A stretch of DNA of 64,000 nt from Octopus bimaculoides. Its lineage: Eukaryota. Under the pieces are notes generated by a model. The model was not told where the DNA came from and did not search any database. It saw only the letters and a program-made list of their open reading frames with translations. Below, one piece after another: positions 62,282 through 64,000 of the stretch. Each line of letters opens with the position of its first letter. Positions within the stretch are counted from its first letter, which is position 1. The stretch lies in assembly GCF_001194135.2 (NCBI RefSeq), contig NC_068981.1:101687671-101751670 (forward strand). The letters run 5' to 3'. The translations under genes and the position numbers were made by a program.

Positions 62282-63057
62282 TCAATAATATTAACTCAAT
62301 ATCTACAACAAAATTACAATAACCTCATTATCACTATTCGACAACTATACAAGATGTATAACACACCATCACCAATCCTGATTGAGTACATCTAGAATCA
62401 ACAACATTGCAAACAAACTGTCCTGTCATCTTAGGGGTTGTGGCACATCAGTATCCACTATGTATTTTTCTTTCTCAAAGCTGCAGTATGTGATTTTAAG
62501 GGAAACCTTGGCTTTGATTTCTAACTGGTCAAGTGGCACTCGAAAACAGACCAAAAATTTAGTAACAGAAACATTTTCTTATAGTCAAAACATCAAAGGG
62601 AGAGAAAAGTGTAGCTCTTATTGCTTAACCAAAGGTCAGTCCTGATCAAAATCAAGTAGATCTATGATCAGAGGTTCCAGTCACAAGTATTATTACTTGG
62701 TACTTGCTTAAAAGCTACACGTTGTGCGGACTTTTAAGCTAGTTCCTGTGGAGGGCTAATTGGGCCTGAAACCCAAAACTAAAGAGAGCAATAATAATAA
62801 AGCATTTACTGGTACCCTACCAATATGGTATTTCCCTACCTATGTGGATTTACATTAAATTCAGTTTAAAAGAAAAACTTGTAAGATCACAAATTTTTGG
62901 AGTTCCTTTAAAATTTGAATTTTCAACTGTTGGTGTATAACATCCTCCACCAGATCTGATCCCAATGCTGGATGTTCAAGAACCAAATGAAGAGCAAATT
63001 TTCAATTCCAGGATCATCCTGATTCTGAAAAGGTATATGTCTATGTAGAGCAAATGT

Positions 63058-63427
63058 GTGGAGGTGAGCGGACTTGTGGTCATAGGATCGTGGTTTCGAT
63101 TCCCAGACTGGGCATTGTGAGTGTTTATTGAGCGAAAACACCTAAAGCTCCATGAGGCTCCGGCAGGGGGTGGTGGCAAACCCTGCTGTACTCTTCCACC
63201 ACAACTTTCTCTCACTCTTACTTCCTGTTTCTGTTGTGCCTGTAATTCAAAGGGTCAGCCTTGTCACACTCTGTGTCACACTAAATATCCTCGAGAACTC
63301 TGTGAAGGGTACTCATGTCTGTGGAGTGCTCAGCCACTTGCACGTTAATTTCACGAGCAGGCTGTTCCGTTGATCGGATCAACTGGAACCCTCGACGTCG
63401 TAAGCGACGGAGTGCCAACAATAACAA
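63058..63427 (+). mobile_element. SINE group C with 11-bp TSD, A-box region deleted
   Basis: TSD agagcaaatgt at 63047-63057 and 63428-63438. It lacks the caatggcccagtggttagggc segment seen in the 27.9 kb copy. Confidence 0.9.
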
Positions 63428-64000
63428 AGAGCAAATGTAGACCGAGACAGAATTTTGTATTTATTAATATAGATGTCTGTGACTTCATTGTCAAATATTC
63501 CCTTCCTTCCATTTTTAATGTGGTAGGGTGTGATTTGGTGTAGTTTTGTTCAATCAGAGATGATCTGGCGCAAATCAATAATACGCAACAATCAATCACT
63601 ACTATAAATACACAGTGCCTCCCACCAAAAAGGAGAGAAATCTTACATGGTAGCTCATCCTGCTAGAATAGCAGCTAAATTATCCCTCAATTTACAGGCT
63701 TACAAAAATGATGACACGTTGATGTCTCAAATGAATGCAGCAACAAAGAAAAATGAAAAAGAAAACCACCACCACAACCACCACCACTACTACAGCATGA
63801 GAGGCAGAAGCAATTAAATGAGCACAGCTTATAATGTTGAACTGAGCATCAATAATTGATCAATGAAAATTGTGTAATTAATCAGTGAACTGCTTTTATC
63901 CTTTTTAGCAGCATTTATGAATGAAATCAATATTTTCCTGGACCTATCTCCACTGGCTGCCAACATAAACCTATTACATGAAGGAAGCATATCAGTTATC

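Noticed and set aside
44630-63560. Targeted insertion of group C SINEs into group F repeats (44.7 and 63.0 kb)
   Set aside because: Only two of three young copies, and group F is abundant; not distinguishable from chance in this window.
1-64000. CRISPR arrays, retrons, operons or other prokaryote-type systems
   Set aside because: No regularly spaced repeat-spacer array and no compact gene clusters; the only RT sequences belong to eukaryotic non-LTR retrotransposons.

Overview
AT-rich, microsatellite- and SINE-dense eukaryotic (animal) DNA from a gapped draft assembly with seven N-gaps. The repeat content (tRNA-derived SINEs, RTE LINEs ending in (GAT)n, mariner relics) looks like Octopus; this is pattern recognition, not a database result. 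One host gene is well supported. It is a minus-strand gene with three in-window coding exons (39857-39660, 34178-33996, 26509-25980), all joined by canonical GT-AG phase-1 introns. It encodes a single-pass membrane protein with an RLKR furin-type site, one LDL-receptor class A module, a transmembrane helix and a Ser/Pro/Gly-rich tail ending in LPTYEEV. Its first (signal-peptide) exon is not securely located. The rest is transposable-element material: three tRNA-SINE groups, three RTE LINE copies, an internally deleted mariner, hAT-type MITEs, a long-TIR foldback element and a CRE-like remnant. Nearly all ORFs in the supplied track are translated microsatellite or TE noise. I found no CRISPR array, rRNA gene, intact tRNA gene or prokaryote-like system, and nothing I can claim as a confirmed new biological system. 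The best leads are the orphan LDLa-PY receptor, a ~1.4 kb intronic inverted repeat, a PHD-like finger inside an RTE reverse transcriptase, and modular SINE tail swapping.
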